From Selaginella moellendorffii (lineage: Eukaryota; Plantae; Lycopodiophyta), in NCBI RefSeq assembly GCF_000143415.4, contig NW_003314308.1, positions 682,001 to 746,000 of the forward strand: a stretch of 64,000 bases of DNA, given 5' to 3'. Within the stretch, counting starts at the first letter, position 1, and each line of letters opens with the position of its first letter. The position numbers were made by a program, and so were the translations under genes. This document shows positions 24,896-35,755 of the stretch, piece after piece. The notes under the pieces are model-generated. The model worked only from the letters and a program-made list of their open reading frames with translations. It had not been told where the DNA came from and made no database searches.

Positions 24896-25182
24896 CAATA
24901 CAAAGAGTTTCGATCAGAGTTTCTTTGAAGATCACGAAGAGCACATAACTTGCTTTGAAGACACAGAACTTGCTCTTGGAGAAGGTAAAGATGAAAGTCA
25001 TAAAAAAAAAAAAAAAAGTTTGTAGCGATGCGCATTATCGCGTCTTCTCGTTTCTTTCGTGGGACCACTGTGGCGAGGACAGCAAGAAAGAATCTGGCAG
25101 TGTGGCGCTTTACAAGTTCCTGACCGAGCGGCTGAGCCATCAACAGAGTTTTCTTCGCGAATTTCTCTCCGCAGCAGTCACG

Positions 25183-25281
25183 ATGCACTTCAACTACTTG
25201 ATCATACCGCTGCCGATCCTGGCTCTTCTCGTCATCGTCGTGGGTATCTGCTGCTACTGCCTCGGAAGACGCCAATACTAG
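25183..25281 (+). CDS. Candidate 32-aa single-TM microprotein MHFNYLIIPLPILALLVIVVGICCYCLGRRQY
   Basis: ATG preceded by a splice-acceptor-like ctccgcag. One hydrophobic helix followed by CCYCLGRR; GC3-rich codons. Confidence 0.5.
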   Translation: MHFNYLIIPLPILALLVIVVGICCYCLGRRQY

Positions 25282-25474
25282 AGCAAGACAAAGGAAAGCA
25301 ACATGAGCATCGCTTTTGATCACTTTCGCTTACCTCCAAGTTGTAGCCTTTGTAGGATGAAATCAATAAGCAGCACCAGCAGCTAGTTTTCCAGCTGCCA
25401 CATAATCTCCTCGTTTCTCCTCCCTGTTGAGCAGCGTTGTCTGATCTGCTGCTTAGTGCTGGAACTGTTCCAAC

Positions 25475-27865
25475 TCAAAACGCCGCTGCTGTTGCTGCTG
25501 ATCCGTGCTGGAACCCCGGCGGAAGAACATCCTCGTCGCCTACCGGGAACGGCAGGTCCGGAGACGCTGGCAGTGGCATATCATCGCTCCCGACCAGCAG
25601 GAGCTTCCCAGCCGTGGTAGTACTCGCCTCCGCGGCCTCCTCCTCCTCCGGAGGGAGCTGCTGCCTCAAGATTCCCCTCACATGAGATTGCCTAAACCAC
25701 TTGACGAAGAAGGAGCCCCGGCACCAAAATGACCCGAGGTCCTCGTCCTGGAAGATAAACGGCGAGTCCAGCGGCTTCATCATCGCCTCGATAGCTTGCC
25801 TGACGGCGATGGCGTCTGAGTCCGCCTTGCTCCCTGTTAGAATCTTGATCCTCTGAGGAACGAACCTGCGCTTGAGTATCCTCTCCCGGAACTTCTCCAG
25901 CGTGCACAGCACCCCGATGAGCGCCGCTCCGATGGACATGCTCCTCACCTTGAGGCACCACGTCAAGTCTCCCTGGAGGACGATGGAGTTCGGGTACATG
26001 TGAATCTGATAGACCACCTTCCAGAAGCTGCGAGCTTTCCTCTCCTGCCCCATCACCACCAGATAGTTGAGCAGCACGTTGGTGAGGTAGCGTCGCGTCT
26101 TGAAATCCACCTCGGCTTCCAGCTCCGAGTAGAACGACTTGATGTAGTCGGCCAGACTCTGGCCATTGCGGTGCTTGCTGCTTCCCATGAGCCCGCACAG
26201 AAAGCTGTGCGCCGGATGCTTCGTCTCTCGCATGAAGCTCATGACCACTTCTTCGTGCTCCAGCCTCGAACCACGCAGAAAAAACTCGAGCAGCATGCAG
26301 TACGTCCTCAAGTCCACTGCCGAGCCCGGCCTTTGCATAAAGGAGAGCATCTGCCTCGCATGCTCCATGTCGCCACAGCTGAGAAAACCGTGGAGGATCT
26401 CCCGGCAGAGGCTGACGTGAGGAGTAAATCCATGTCCCGTGACCTTGAGAAAGAGCTCCCAGGCATCGGAGATTCTCTTGTCGTCCACCAGCTTGACGAT
26501 GCTATCGTTGACAGCGTCCGCGACGTTAAGTCCCATCTCTTGCATCTCAAATAGGATCCTCTCGACGTCGTCATACTTTCCACCCTTGGCTACGGCTCCA
26601 ACCACGATCCGGCAAGTAAAATGCGACGGCCTCAGTCCAACCCCACGCATCTCCCTGTAGAGCCTCACCGCAGTCTCGGCCTTTCCCGCTTGAGCGTGCT
26701 GCTCAATCAGAACCGCAAAGATGAGCGGCGGAAGCCACAGTCCCACGCCCCGCATCCTCTCGTAAAACTCTAGAGCCGCGTCCAGCATCCCCGCCTTTGC
26801 ATGAGCATCCACCAGAGCAGCGTAGATACACAGATTGGGCTTGTAGTTGAAAGCCTCCATGTCCTTGAAAAACTTGAGCCCCGTCTCCAGCCTGCCCGAC
26901 TTGCAGTAAGCCTCGATGAGCGAAGCAAAAGTTCCCAGAAGTGGTCGAATCTCCAAGCTCCGCATCTCCTCAAAGTACTTGGTCCCGATCTCCAGCCTTC
27001 CCGACTTCAGCTGTCCCGCAATGAGAGCCGAGTAAGCCACAGCATTCGGCTGATGCCCCTCGGCCTTCATCCTCTCGAAGAGCATGCAAGCCAGGTCGAG
27101 CCTTCCAACTTTCCCGGCGTGAGGCACCACCACCTCGTACCCGACCCTGTCCAGCGAGCAGCCAATCTTTTGCATCTCATCGTAGACCTCGAGCACCTTC
27201 TCGGACTGCCCCGCGTACGAGTAGAGGCTCATGAGTGTGTTGAAAGTGAAGATATCTGGGACACACCTCGAGTCTTGCATCTCCTTGTAGTATCCCCAGG
27301 CCTCGTCCAGCTTGTGAGCTTTCCCATAGACTTTGATGAGAGTGTTGTAAGCCACCGTGGTCATGGGACACTTATCCGCCTTGAGGTCGGACAGCACCCT
27401 CTGGACGGCCTGGAAATCCTTTCCTCGTCCATAGGTGTTGAGAAGGATGGAGAACGAATACGTGCTTGGGACGTACCACTTTTGCCTGCGAATCCATTGG
27501 AAGAATCCATTGGCGACGTCGGGCTCCTGGATGTTCTTGAGGACCTCGTTGATGTGAAACTCCGAGGGCCTGATGTCCAGGAGCTGGAGCTCCCTCTCCA
27601 CTTCTGGGGACCAGTATGGCCGCCTCACAACGTAGAGAATCTTGGAGATCAAGTCGGCGTTGCTGAGGCCGATCTCTCCCAGCTTGCTGGGGCGGAAGAA
27701 AGCCGGATCATCGTCCGCGCGCAGCAAGAAGCTCGGGAGCTCCTCCTTGTAGAAGAATCTCACGGGCGCCCAGATCACCCTAGAAGAGGCCTCTTGCCTG
27801 GCCGCATTCGCCTGGAGGAGCAGGGACGATGCTAACCTGGAGAGCGGCCGGCGGAGGGCGAGCAT
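25475..27865 (-). CDS. P-class PPR protein with C-terminal Smr domain and organellar targeting peptide (796 aa)
   Basis: Arg/Leu/Ser-rich N-terminus; about 10 P repeats; Smr-like WCLKVRSMSIGAAL...VPQRIKILTG...LDSPF. Confidence 0.92.
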   Translation of the reverse strand: MLALRRPLSRLASSLLLQANAARQEASSRVIWAPVRFFYKEELPSFLLRADDDPAFFRPSKLGEIGLSNADLISKILYVVRRPYWSPEVERELQLLDIRPSEFHINEVLKNIQEPDVANGFFQWIRRQKWYVPSTYSFSILLNTYGRGKDFQAVQRVLSDLKADKCPMTTVAYNTLIKVYGKAHKLDEAWGYYKEMQDSRCVPDIFTFNTLMSLYSYAGQSEKVLEVYDEMQKIGCSLDRVGYEVVVPHAGKVGRLDLACMLFERMKAEGHQPNAVAYSALIAGQLKSGRLEIGTKYFEEMRSLEIRPLLGTFASLIEAYCKSGRLETGLKFFKDMEAFNYKPNLCIYAALVDAHAKAGMLDAALEFYERMRGVGLWLPPLIFAVLIEQHAQAGKAETAVRLYREMRGVGLRPSHFTCRIVVGAVAKGGKYDDVERILFEMQEMGLNVADAVNDSIVKLVDDKRISDAWELFLKVTGHGFTPHVSLCREILHGFLSCGDMEHARQMLSFMQRPGSAVDLRTYCMLLEFFLRGSRLEHEEVVMSFMRETKHPAHSFLCGLMGSSKHRNGQSLADYIKSFYSELEAEVDFKTRRYLTNVLLNYLVVMGQERKARSFWKVVYQIHMYPNSIVLQGDLTWCLKVRSMSIGAALIGVLCTLEKFRERILKRRFVPQRIKILTGSKADSDAIAVRQAIEAMMKPLDSPFIFQDEDLGSFWCRGSFFVKWFRQSHVRGILRQQLPPEEEEAAEASTTTAGKLLLVGSDDMPLPASPDLPFPVGDEDVLPPGFQHGSAATAAAF

Positions 27866-27978
27866 TGGCGAGGGCGCGCGCTCATCGCCAAAATCCCAAG
27901 CGCAGTGATAAACCCTAAACCTCGCAAAAAAAAAATCAAAATATGTTCCAGGATATTCTTGACCTATTAACTAGGTCT

Positions 27979-28060
27979 CGCGGACGGCAGGATTCGAACC
28001 TGCGCGGGCAGAGCCCATTTGATTTCGAGTCAAACCCGTTAACCACTCCGGCACGTCCGC
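27979..28060 (-). tRNA. tRNA-Ser (anticodon CGA), 82 nt
   Basis: GCGGACG acceptor stem pairs with CGTCCGC plus discriminator G. A box TGCCGGAGTGG; anticodon arm TTTGA-CT-CGA-AA-TCAAA; long variable arm GGGCTCTGCCC; T arm GCAGG-TTCGAAT-CCTGC. T-run terminator about 40 nt downstream. Confidence 0.96.
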
Positions 28061-28151
28061 CATTGGTGGAAAATCTCAAGATTTTAATTTTATATTCGTT
28101 TCTTGGTTTTTATTTTTTGTAATAAAATGAGAATCTAGGGTTCTAGCGCGA

Positions 28152-29809
28152 ATGGCGCTCACGGGCGTGAAGATCGGCGATGAGGTCTGGAGGAGCTGCC
28201 TCACACACGCGCTATCGACGGAGACGGAGGAGGTGATGGGGCTGCTTCTCGGCGACATCAAAGAGGTGAAATTCTCCCCATTCACAATCTCCAGGAGCTG
28301 GATCGACATTTCTTCCATGATCCATCCAGGACAAGAGCAAAGGCACGGTGGATGCTCTCGTCTGGGGCGCTGTGCCGCAAGCTCGCTCCGATCGACGCAA
28401 GGATCGCGTGGAGACTACTCCGGAGCACCATGGCTCTGGCTGAGATATCCTCAAGGACATTATTTTCTTTCAGTTTGGTGTTTTTTCCTTCACTCTGGAA
28501 GCACAGATTATCTAGGACGATTGGAAACACGACCAGAGTTATTGGCTGGTATCATTCACATCCGCACATCACTGTTCTTCCTTCTCATGTTGGTGAGTTT
28601 CATCTCCTTCCTGCGTATGAGAAAAAAAAAAAAGAAGTTTTCGTTCTTCGTTGTTGGTGTAGATCTTCGAACACAGCAGTCTTTCCAGATGCTGGATCCT
28701 GGGTTCATTGGAGTCATATTTTCCTGCTTCGACGACGACGCAAACATGGTATCATCTTCTTTTGCTTTGCTCCTTTTCCTCATATCAGTTCTAACAGGTC
28801 GGTCGAGTTCAATCCATAGCATTTCAATCTACCAATGGTCGCCAAAGGAAGGTTTCGGGATCTTTTCAGAGTTCATCCGCTCAGCACTCCAGTTTTGGTT
28901 TTGGTTCCAACGGGGAACGGTCTTCCGTGGATGAAGCCTCCTCGTCTCTCTCGGTACTTGAGCATTTGTTGAAAGGGTCACAACTCTTTTCTTTTTTCTT
29001 CTTACAGACAGTTGTGGACATCAACTATACTCGTAGGATATCGGATTCGTCAAGCAATGAAATCGAGCAGCGGCTTTCGCCAGGCATCGAAGAAGCAATG
29101 CATCTTTCAAGTCTTGACATGAGGTAAATACCATTCTGCTCGTTCTGAAATTTTCCTACGTAAAACAGTTCCGGAGACTTTTCACGAAAGGAGATCCCAA
29201 TGCAAGTAGTTCCTGTGTCCACATTCAACCTCGCCAATCCTCCTCCCGATCCTCTGCTTTCTTTGCAGCAGACAGTGTTTAACGAAGAAAAGGCTGCGTT
29301 TGAGAAAGCGATGCATCAAAGCAAACAGTTAAGTCATTCCTGCTCAACTTCTTGACAAGTTGTTTCTCTCTTTCTTTCTTCTTGGTTCTCTAGGGGGCAG
29401 CGAATCCATCCTTTGGCAGCTTCACACCACTGCGTGACACACCAGGCGTCCCTTTTGAAACTTATGGAACTCTGGTACTCGCAGTTTTTCTGTTTCCTTT
29501 TACACTCTTCATTCGGGTTCTTTCTCTAGCCTTGTGCCTGCAATGACGACGCTGTGGGACAACCTCCAGCAGAACAAAGCGCAGGTGAAAAATCTGTCTG
29601 GATCTTGTTCAGAGCGTGCGAAGTATTAAGTTTGCTCGTTTCCTGTGCAGATTGCGCTACTGCATCAGGAAGAAGCAGCGCTTGGCCTTAGATTCGATCG
29701 GCAGGCAGCCAGGAAACAAGCCGGACACGATGGCACGCGATGGAACTCAGAGCGTACTCAGCAAAGAATTCCCGATTCTGATCAACGTGTCCGAGGAAAC
29801 ACCGTATGA
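28152..29809 (+). CDS. BRCC36: BRCC36-like JAMM/MPN+ K63 deubiquitinase; frameshifted in exon 2 as written
   Basis: CLTHALSTETEEVMGLLLGDI, RSDRRKDRVE, VIGWYHSHPHITVLPSHVDLRTQ (JAMM HxH..D) and FIGVIFSCF. The reading frame breaks at about 28426-28443. Predicted stop 29807-29809. Confidence 0.85.
28445..28504 (+). other. U12-type AT-AC intron (60 nt) in the BRCC36 gene
   Basis: 5' ATATCCTC, branch TTCCTTCAC at 28485-28493 and 3' AC at 28503-28504. Removal joins LAE to RLSRTIGNTTRVIGWYH in frame. Confidence 0.85.
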
Positions 29810-30475
29810 CGTGCTCTTAGTTTCCGCAAAGAGATTGAAGAGGTCCCTTCAGTCGTAGGCAAGCAAAGTTTCAGAAGCTTCAACTCGGAGGCTTCTTCCG
29901 CTCGACGAGTTCATGTAAGCCTTTTGCTACTCTGATTATGGAAGTTGGATGTTGCAGGTCCAGAGAGGCTACTTCATGAAGCCCTCGAGAGTTCTCTTTG
30001 TCAGTGTGAAGCTTGAGAATTCTGCATGATAAACTCCTTCGGGATGTTTGTAACATTTAAACACAATTAATTATTTAATAATCATGTTTAAGAGATTCGC
30101 CAGCCATTCCAGACCCAAACACGATCACCTCATTCTAAATTCTTCCTTTGTGAGGCTGGTGTGAGTGTTCTACAACAATAAGATCCCCAGTGTGGGGATG
30201 GGGGTGGGGGAGTTGAGGCTTTAGGGTGGAGTGGATGAGGAGTGGATGAGAAAACACTAAATGCCATTAATTATAATTACATTTGCAAAAATGGAGATTG
30301 ATTGTAAGGTTATTGTACCTAGTAGCATTTACTAAATCTAACTTTGGTGTGTTTGACTTTTACAGAAGAATTGTATTTTGCCACGTGCACTTGAATATTT
30401 TTGTTCAAAACATAGTGTCTACTGAATGTTTACTCAATGATAGCGGAAATTAATTGCTAGGAAATTATTACACCA

Positions 30476-33400
30476 CTAGTATTTGCCCAGCCAATGCTGG
30501 GCAAAGCCTCTCAAACTCACAAATATCTTTGTGACCGAATTTGCTCACATTTCACAATTTCCTTGTGAGATGATTCCTCCATCTTTAGCACTGGTCCATT
30601 GCTATCCATTGGGCCATAGAGAAAGTTAAAACATAAACAAAGTTTATTATAATTTGTTTTTATGTTTTAAGGTGTAGTAGGACAGGAGTTAGTTAATATA
30701 AAGCTTCTTTATATACAATATTGATGGTGAATATTGATGAATTGAATGGAATTAAGCAACCTTGTGTGAGTTGTGTCAATTTGAATTGCAAGTTGTTGTG
30801 GTGATGTGCATCTTGAGAGTGCAACATAAAGCTGCCCATGGCATAATCCAATTATTGGAGACATATTTCTCAGAAGAATAATTATACAACCTTCTTTTAG
30901 TATTAATTTATGTGGTGGTAGTCCAGAGGGAGTAATAGAGTTTAGAAATTCAATTGGGAAATCTTCAAGGTGTTCAACATCAACAAAGTCAATGCTAATA
31001 TAAATTTGAGGTGGACCTGGTAATTGAGAGATGATGTTGTTGTTAATTGGAAATGTATCATCATTGAGAGGTGTTAAAATGGCTCTATTTGCTGCAATTT
31101 GAACATTTGAAATGTCTTCGATACATGGGAATACGAAATTAGTAATAAAGGTACTTTTAATTAGTTCTAAAGGAAAAAGGATAAAATCAAGTGGTAAAAT
31201 AGGGTTTTGTGTGTAATTATTTCCATCACTAACTTTCAATAGCTATTCTGCCCAGTTTGGGAACTTGGGGCCAAGTTGCATATTTGTTTGCAATTAGAAC
31301 TTTCTAAATAGATTTCATAGACTATTCATTCTTATAGATGTGGAAACAATTTATGCTTAATGACTGTGTGGGACAATTGGTAATGTTTGACAGAAGTCAC
31401 CACTTATAACAATAACAATGCCATCGAATGGAGAATTGTTTCATTTCAAGTTTCGTAAGTAGCGGTCAATAGCTGAAAAGGCAAGTGTATGAACCATATT
31501 AATTTCATCCCAAATAAGCACTTGTATTGCTTTCATAAATCTGCTGGCACTATTATTAGGTGTTAAACCAGAAACAGATGTATCATTAATTAGAATTGGT
31601 AACTTAAAGGTTGCATGGGACATTTGTCCATTGTGTAGTAATATGCAATGCCATACAAACCATTTTTTTATTGTAGAACTCAAAATACTTTACCATTGTA
31701 CTTAATAAATATGTTTTGTCAATACCGCTAGGGCTATCAATAAAATAAAATGGTTGGTATTGGTCGGGCACTTGACAATGGTAACAATTTAATTAAATAT
31801 AGCTAATTGTTCAACATTCAAGTTTCTAATATGATGGTAAATTTTTATATATAAATGGTTGTAGTTTAATATTGGTTGAATAAAGGTATTTAGGATTGGG
31901 ATAGGTAAGTTGTATAATTGATTTGTTTTACCATGTATTTTCATTCTTGACTTAATGTCTATTAGAGCAAGTTTATATTGGCATACAATATTTATTCTCC
32001 CAAAATCTTCAGAGAGCTGATCCTTAAAAATATCCCAAAGATATAATGGGTCTTGTGAATTGCAAAAAATATATATGAAAGTAAAAAGTTGACGCAATTG
32101 TGTAGGCATTTGAAAATTGCATGATTCTTGTAAACAGTTACCACTCATTATCATCATCAAGAAGACCCATAGCAATAGCAGCTTGTTAAAAGCTTTAGTA
32201 AGCTATATCATTAACTATTTTAATATTGTCGAAGGATGTCGCACCTCTTTTATGAAGAAGAATATTACATAAGTGGTACAACTCGATATTTAGAGGAGAT
32301 ACTGAGTATAGTCGAGGAATAACCTTTTTTTTTCTCAACATTGCCATACATTAGCAGATTTATTGAAAACATAATGTAAAGGTATTTTAACAAAGGTATA
32401 TTGTCTTGCATTCGGATAATGAATAATGAGTTCGAACCATTTTGTTAACATTGTTCTATTATGTGCTGCTCTTTGCAAGGCATTGTGCTCTAAGCCTTCT
32501 GTAAAAAATACATATTTTAGAAGTCAGGAAGATGTACGGGTAGACGTATTATAGGGTGTGAACGTTCATGTATTTTAAATCTAAATATCCTCCAAATAAC
32601 TTCCGATGCTGAAATGTATCGGGTATTTATAAAATTTGTGATTTCATCACAATTTAATACGTTTCCAGATTGAGTAGCTGTTTGGATTTCAATGGTTGCA
32701 CAATCATATCCTTTATAAATATATTGAAAAAGATACTTAATACTTTTATTTGATGCACATATTTCTACATTTATATGGGCTTTGTATTTTTTACATAAAT
32801 ATTTATTATATAGGACAATCCATCTGTTATCAATTGGAACATCATTTTTAAGGAAGGTATTGTTTGGCTTAAAATATTCTGGGTACCCATCGACACAATA
32901 TGTAGTTCCGTCATTGAAGTTTTTGGGATAGTTTTTGGAGCATTTTTTGTTTTCCATACATGGACTTTGAGGATTTAGTAATCCACATGGACTATGTATC
33001 ATATGTGATGTGATTATTTCAAATAATTCGGGTTTTGATAAAAGGTCAAGTAATTGAGCAAATACATATTGGTCAATAGTGTCACGGTCTTTAATTTTAC
33101 TTTCATTGTATAATATGCCTAGAAAATGACAATGTGGCAAACCTTTTTTTTGGAACTCAATGACACATATAAATGCAATAGATCTTCCAAAGATATTATT
33201 TTGTGTAATATCATGAAGAAAATATTTTAGCTTCATGTTAAAAACCCTAGCAACTAAATCAGGTCGGTGTTCAGGTCCTTCATTAGGGTGCAAATTTTGT
33301 AATATTTGAAGCCATTTAAGGTTGCAAATGAAAGTTATGAAAATATCAGGTTTTGAGTATTTTGTTACAATTGCCATAGCATCTTGGTAATTTTGTTGCA

Positions 33401-35482
33401 TAGCTTTTGGGCTTCTTGTAAAAGTAAAAGGTAAAATAACAATTTTTCCTGATTGAGCATTTGCATTAGTAGCTTTGCCAACAACATAATCCATTAAACT
33501 TGTATAAAAATCAACTCTTATATTTTTTTGATTAGATCTATAGTATTGTAAATTGTTGCTTTTAATTTTAACATAGGCATCTATAATATATTGTTGGGTG
33601 AGTTTTCCAATATGTAAAATTTGGTCATATGTAACTGTAGAGGTTGATAATGTTGAATCTCTTTTGGACAAACGATATGTATAATATTGAAAGAGTGTTA
33701 CATGCTTGTTAGAAGAAAGCTTGTCATGCCAAGCTCTATCTCCATGTGGAAAAAGCAATGGATAAACCATAAGATCACAATTAGCATTTAAAATAGATAT
33801 ATGTTGTGGTTTTGATGATTTTGGATGAATGCATATTTCACAGTCAAAAGGTGGCATACCATCTTCACTTTGGAAAACTATTGCAACATCATTAGTTTGT
33901 GGAGTATTATATCGACGATGGTCTGTGCCTTCATTTTTAATGAGCATATATACTCCACGTAAATTGCTACCATAAATAATAGTTCTTGAAATATTTTCTC
34001 ATTCCAATTCATACATCATTCTAAAAGCTTGTGCATATGGATTAATATGTCAAAGTATCATATCTAGTTGAAGCAGTAAATTATAATCACAGTTAATGTT
34101 AAAAGGGTTTTGTTTTCTAATATCAGTAGCCTCATTGGAATCTAGCATGTACAATTGACTGTAACTTGGATTTTGATGTATTGAAGGATGTTATGGCATA
34201 ATTTTGTGATAGATTTGTCCATGAATTCTATAGCAGTATGGACCATGACCCGTAAAAGTATCAATGCTAGCTCCCATAGATGCGAAAGCAACACTATTAC
34301 ATTGTCTTATATTACTCTTGAAATTAGAGTGTTTGTGTGAGTTATATACAGAATACAGAAAAGGTATTGGAGGCAGGTAGACCTATCCACTCTAGTAACA
34401 AATAAACTTGTTCTCATTGGCAAAGTGTGAGGCATGACAATACTTACAAATATATGATAGGGGACCTATATTCATTGTCAAAACAGATGTATCATTATAT
34501 AGGTAATTGCTAGCAAGTGTGCTGCAAATCTGAGGTGAACAGGGCAAATAGGAATTCGAAATTGACTGCTGTTTAATGTGATTATTAAGATTTGTTTGAT
34601 GTCGATACTCTATAGCCTCTTGATATTACTGTTGTAAAAGCTATATGTATGTTTGTGCTAGTTAGTGTCTTAAACGTTATAATGAAGTGATAATGCTTTG
34701 CTTACTGCGTGAGTTTGTGCTCCCTGTCCCATCGCAACACTATTGTGTGTGTTGTGTGGGTGAGTGATGGAACGATGTACCACTTGCTCGTCGCGTGCTC
34801 TGGAGCCGACCATCTGCTGCTCACTTTACAATTACGTGCATTCCCTGGAAGAATAGACTCGTCAGTAAAAACCATGGTATGTTTGGGTAAGCTTACCACT
34901 GTTGTCTTGTTGGGATCATCTATAGCTTTCCTCGGGTCGTCAACACTTTTGTACGTGATGAAAGCGAATCCCCTGCTGGATCAAAAATAGGAATTCCTGT
35001 GCCTCACGTCCACACCTCCAGGCTCTGCAACGCTGCTCGCCATCCATTCCAGCAAAATCCCTGGCCGCTGCTTCCCTGTCGATGCCTCCGGCCACGCCAT
35101 TGCAGCTGCTCGTCGCCAAAATCCTGCTCGGACGATTTGGGCTCCTTCTGCTGGAAAAGGGATGCCGAGCGATCCCCTGTCCTTGGTTGCTGCTGGGCAG
35201 CAGTGCCCCCTCTCTCGCTTCCCCTGGAAACCCCGTGGCTGGGAGGAGCCGTGGTGAAAAAAAGAGAGCGTTACCAGGCAAGCAGACGGGTGTCGCTCAC
35301 ACCTCCTCCCCTGGCCGGGGCCATGCCGCGTGCCCACTGGCCAGCCCATAACCTCACAAAAATATTTCAAAAGGACGTGTGGTAAGAAACTGATATTTAC
35401 CAGTTTACCCCACATCCGACGGCCCCGATTGGCCAGATCCGGCGGCCCACAAAGTTCGGCGTTTGCTCCTTATAGTAGTAGA
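30476..35482 (-). mobile_element. Helitron, about 5.0 kb, both termini visible, decayed Rep/helicase
   Basis: Minus strand starts A|TCTACTACTATAAG at 35482 and ends with hairpin GCCCAGC-ATTG-GCTGGGC then CTAG|T at 30476. AT target site, no TSD. Confidence 0.9.
30709..34500 (-). pseudogene. Helitron RepHel (HUH endonuclease + PIF1 helicase), with stops and frameshifts
   Basis: PDIFITFICN, VIEFQKKGLPHCHFL (HUH), YLFQYIYKGYD, VLIWDEINMVH, LPPHKLILKEG..LLRN and HGQLYVALSR in broken ORFs. Confidence 0.92.
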
Positions 35483-35569
35483 TATTTCTTCTACTTCATA
35501 ACCACATTTTAAGAAATGCCCAAAAATCGATTATCACTTTGTTATCATCCACTCATGCAGCTCGATAAT

Positions 35570-35755
35570 TAGCACAGGCAATTTTCCGGAGGAAGAGATA
35601 CACAGCAGTGAATTCAACATTGTTGGCTTTTATTTTATTTTATTTGATTGAAGGATTTCAAAAAGTATAGCACAGGCAATTTTCCGGAGGAAGAGATACA
35701 CAGCAGTGAATTCAACATTGTTGGCTTTTATTTGATTTTATTTGATTGAAGGATT
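35570..35755. repeat. Near-perfect tandem duplication (88-bp unit, period 98) in the lectin gene 3' UTR
   Basis: tagcacaggcaattttccggaggaagagatacacagcagtgaattc...gaaggatt occurs at 35570 and 35668. Confidence 0.9.

Noticed and set aside
24889-25323. 144-aa minus-strand ORF with an apparent signal peptide
   Set aside because: Starts at a non-ATG codon, crosses a poly-T run, and is antisense to the more plausible 32-aa + strand ORF; probably a shadow.
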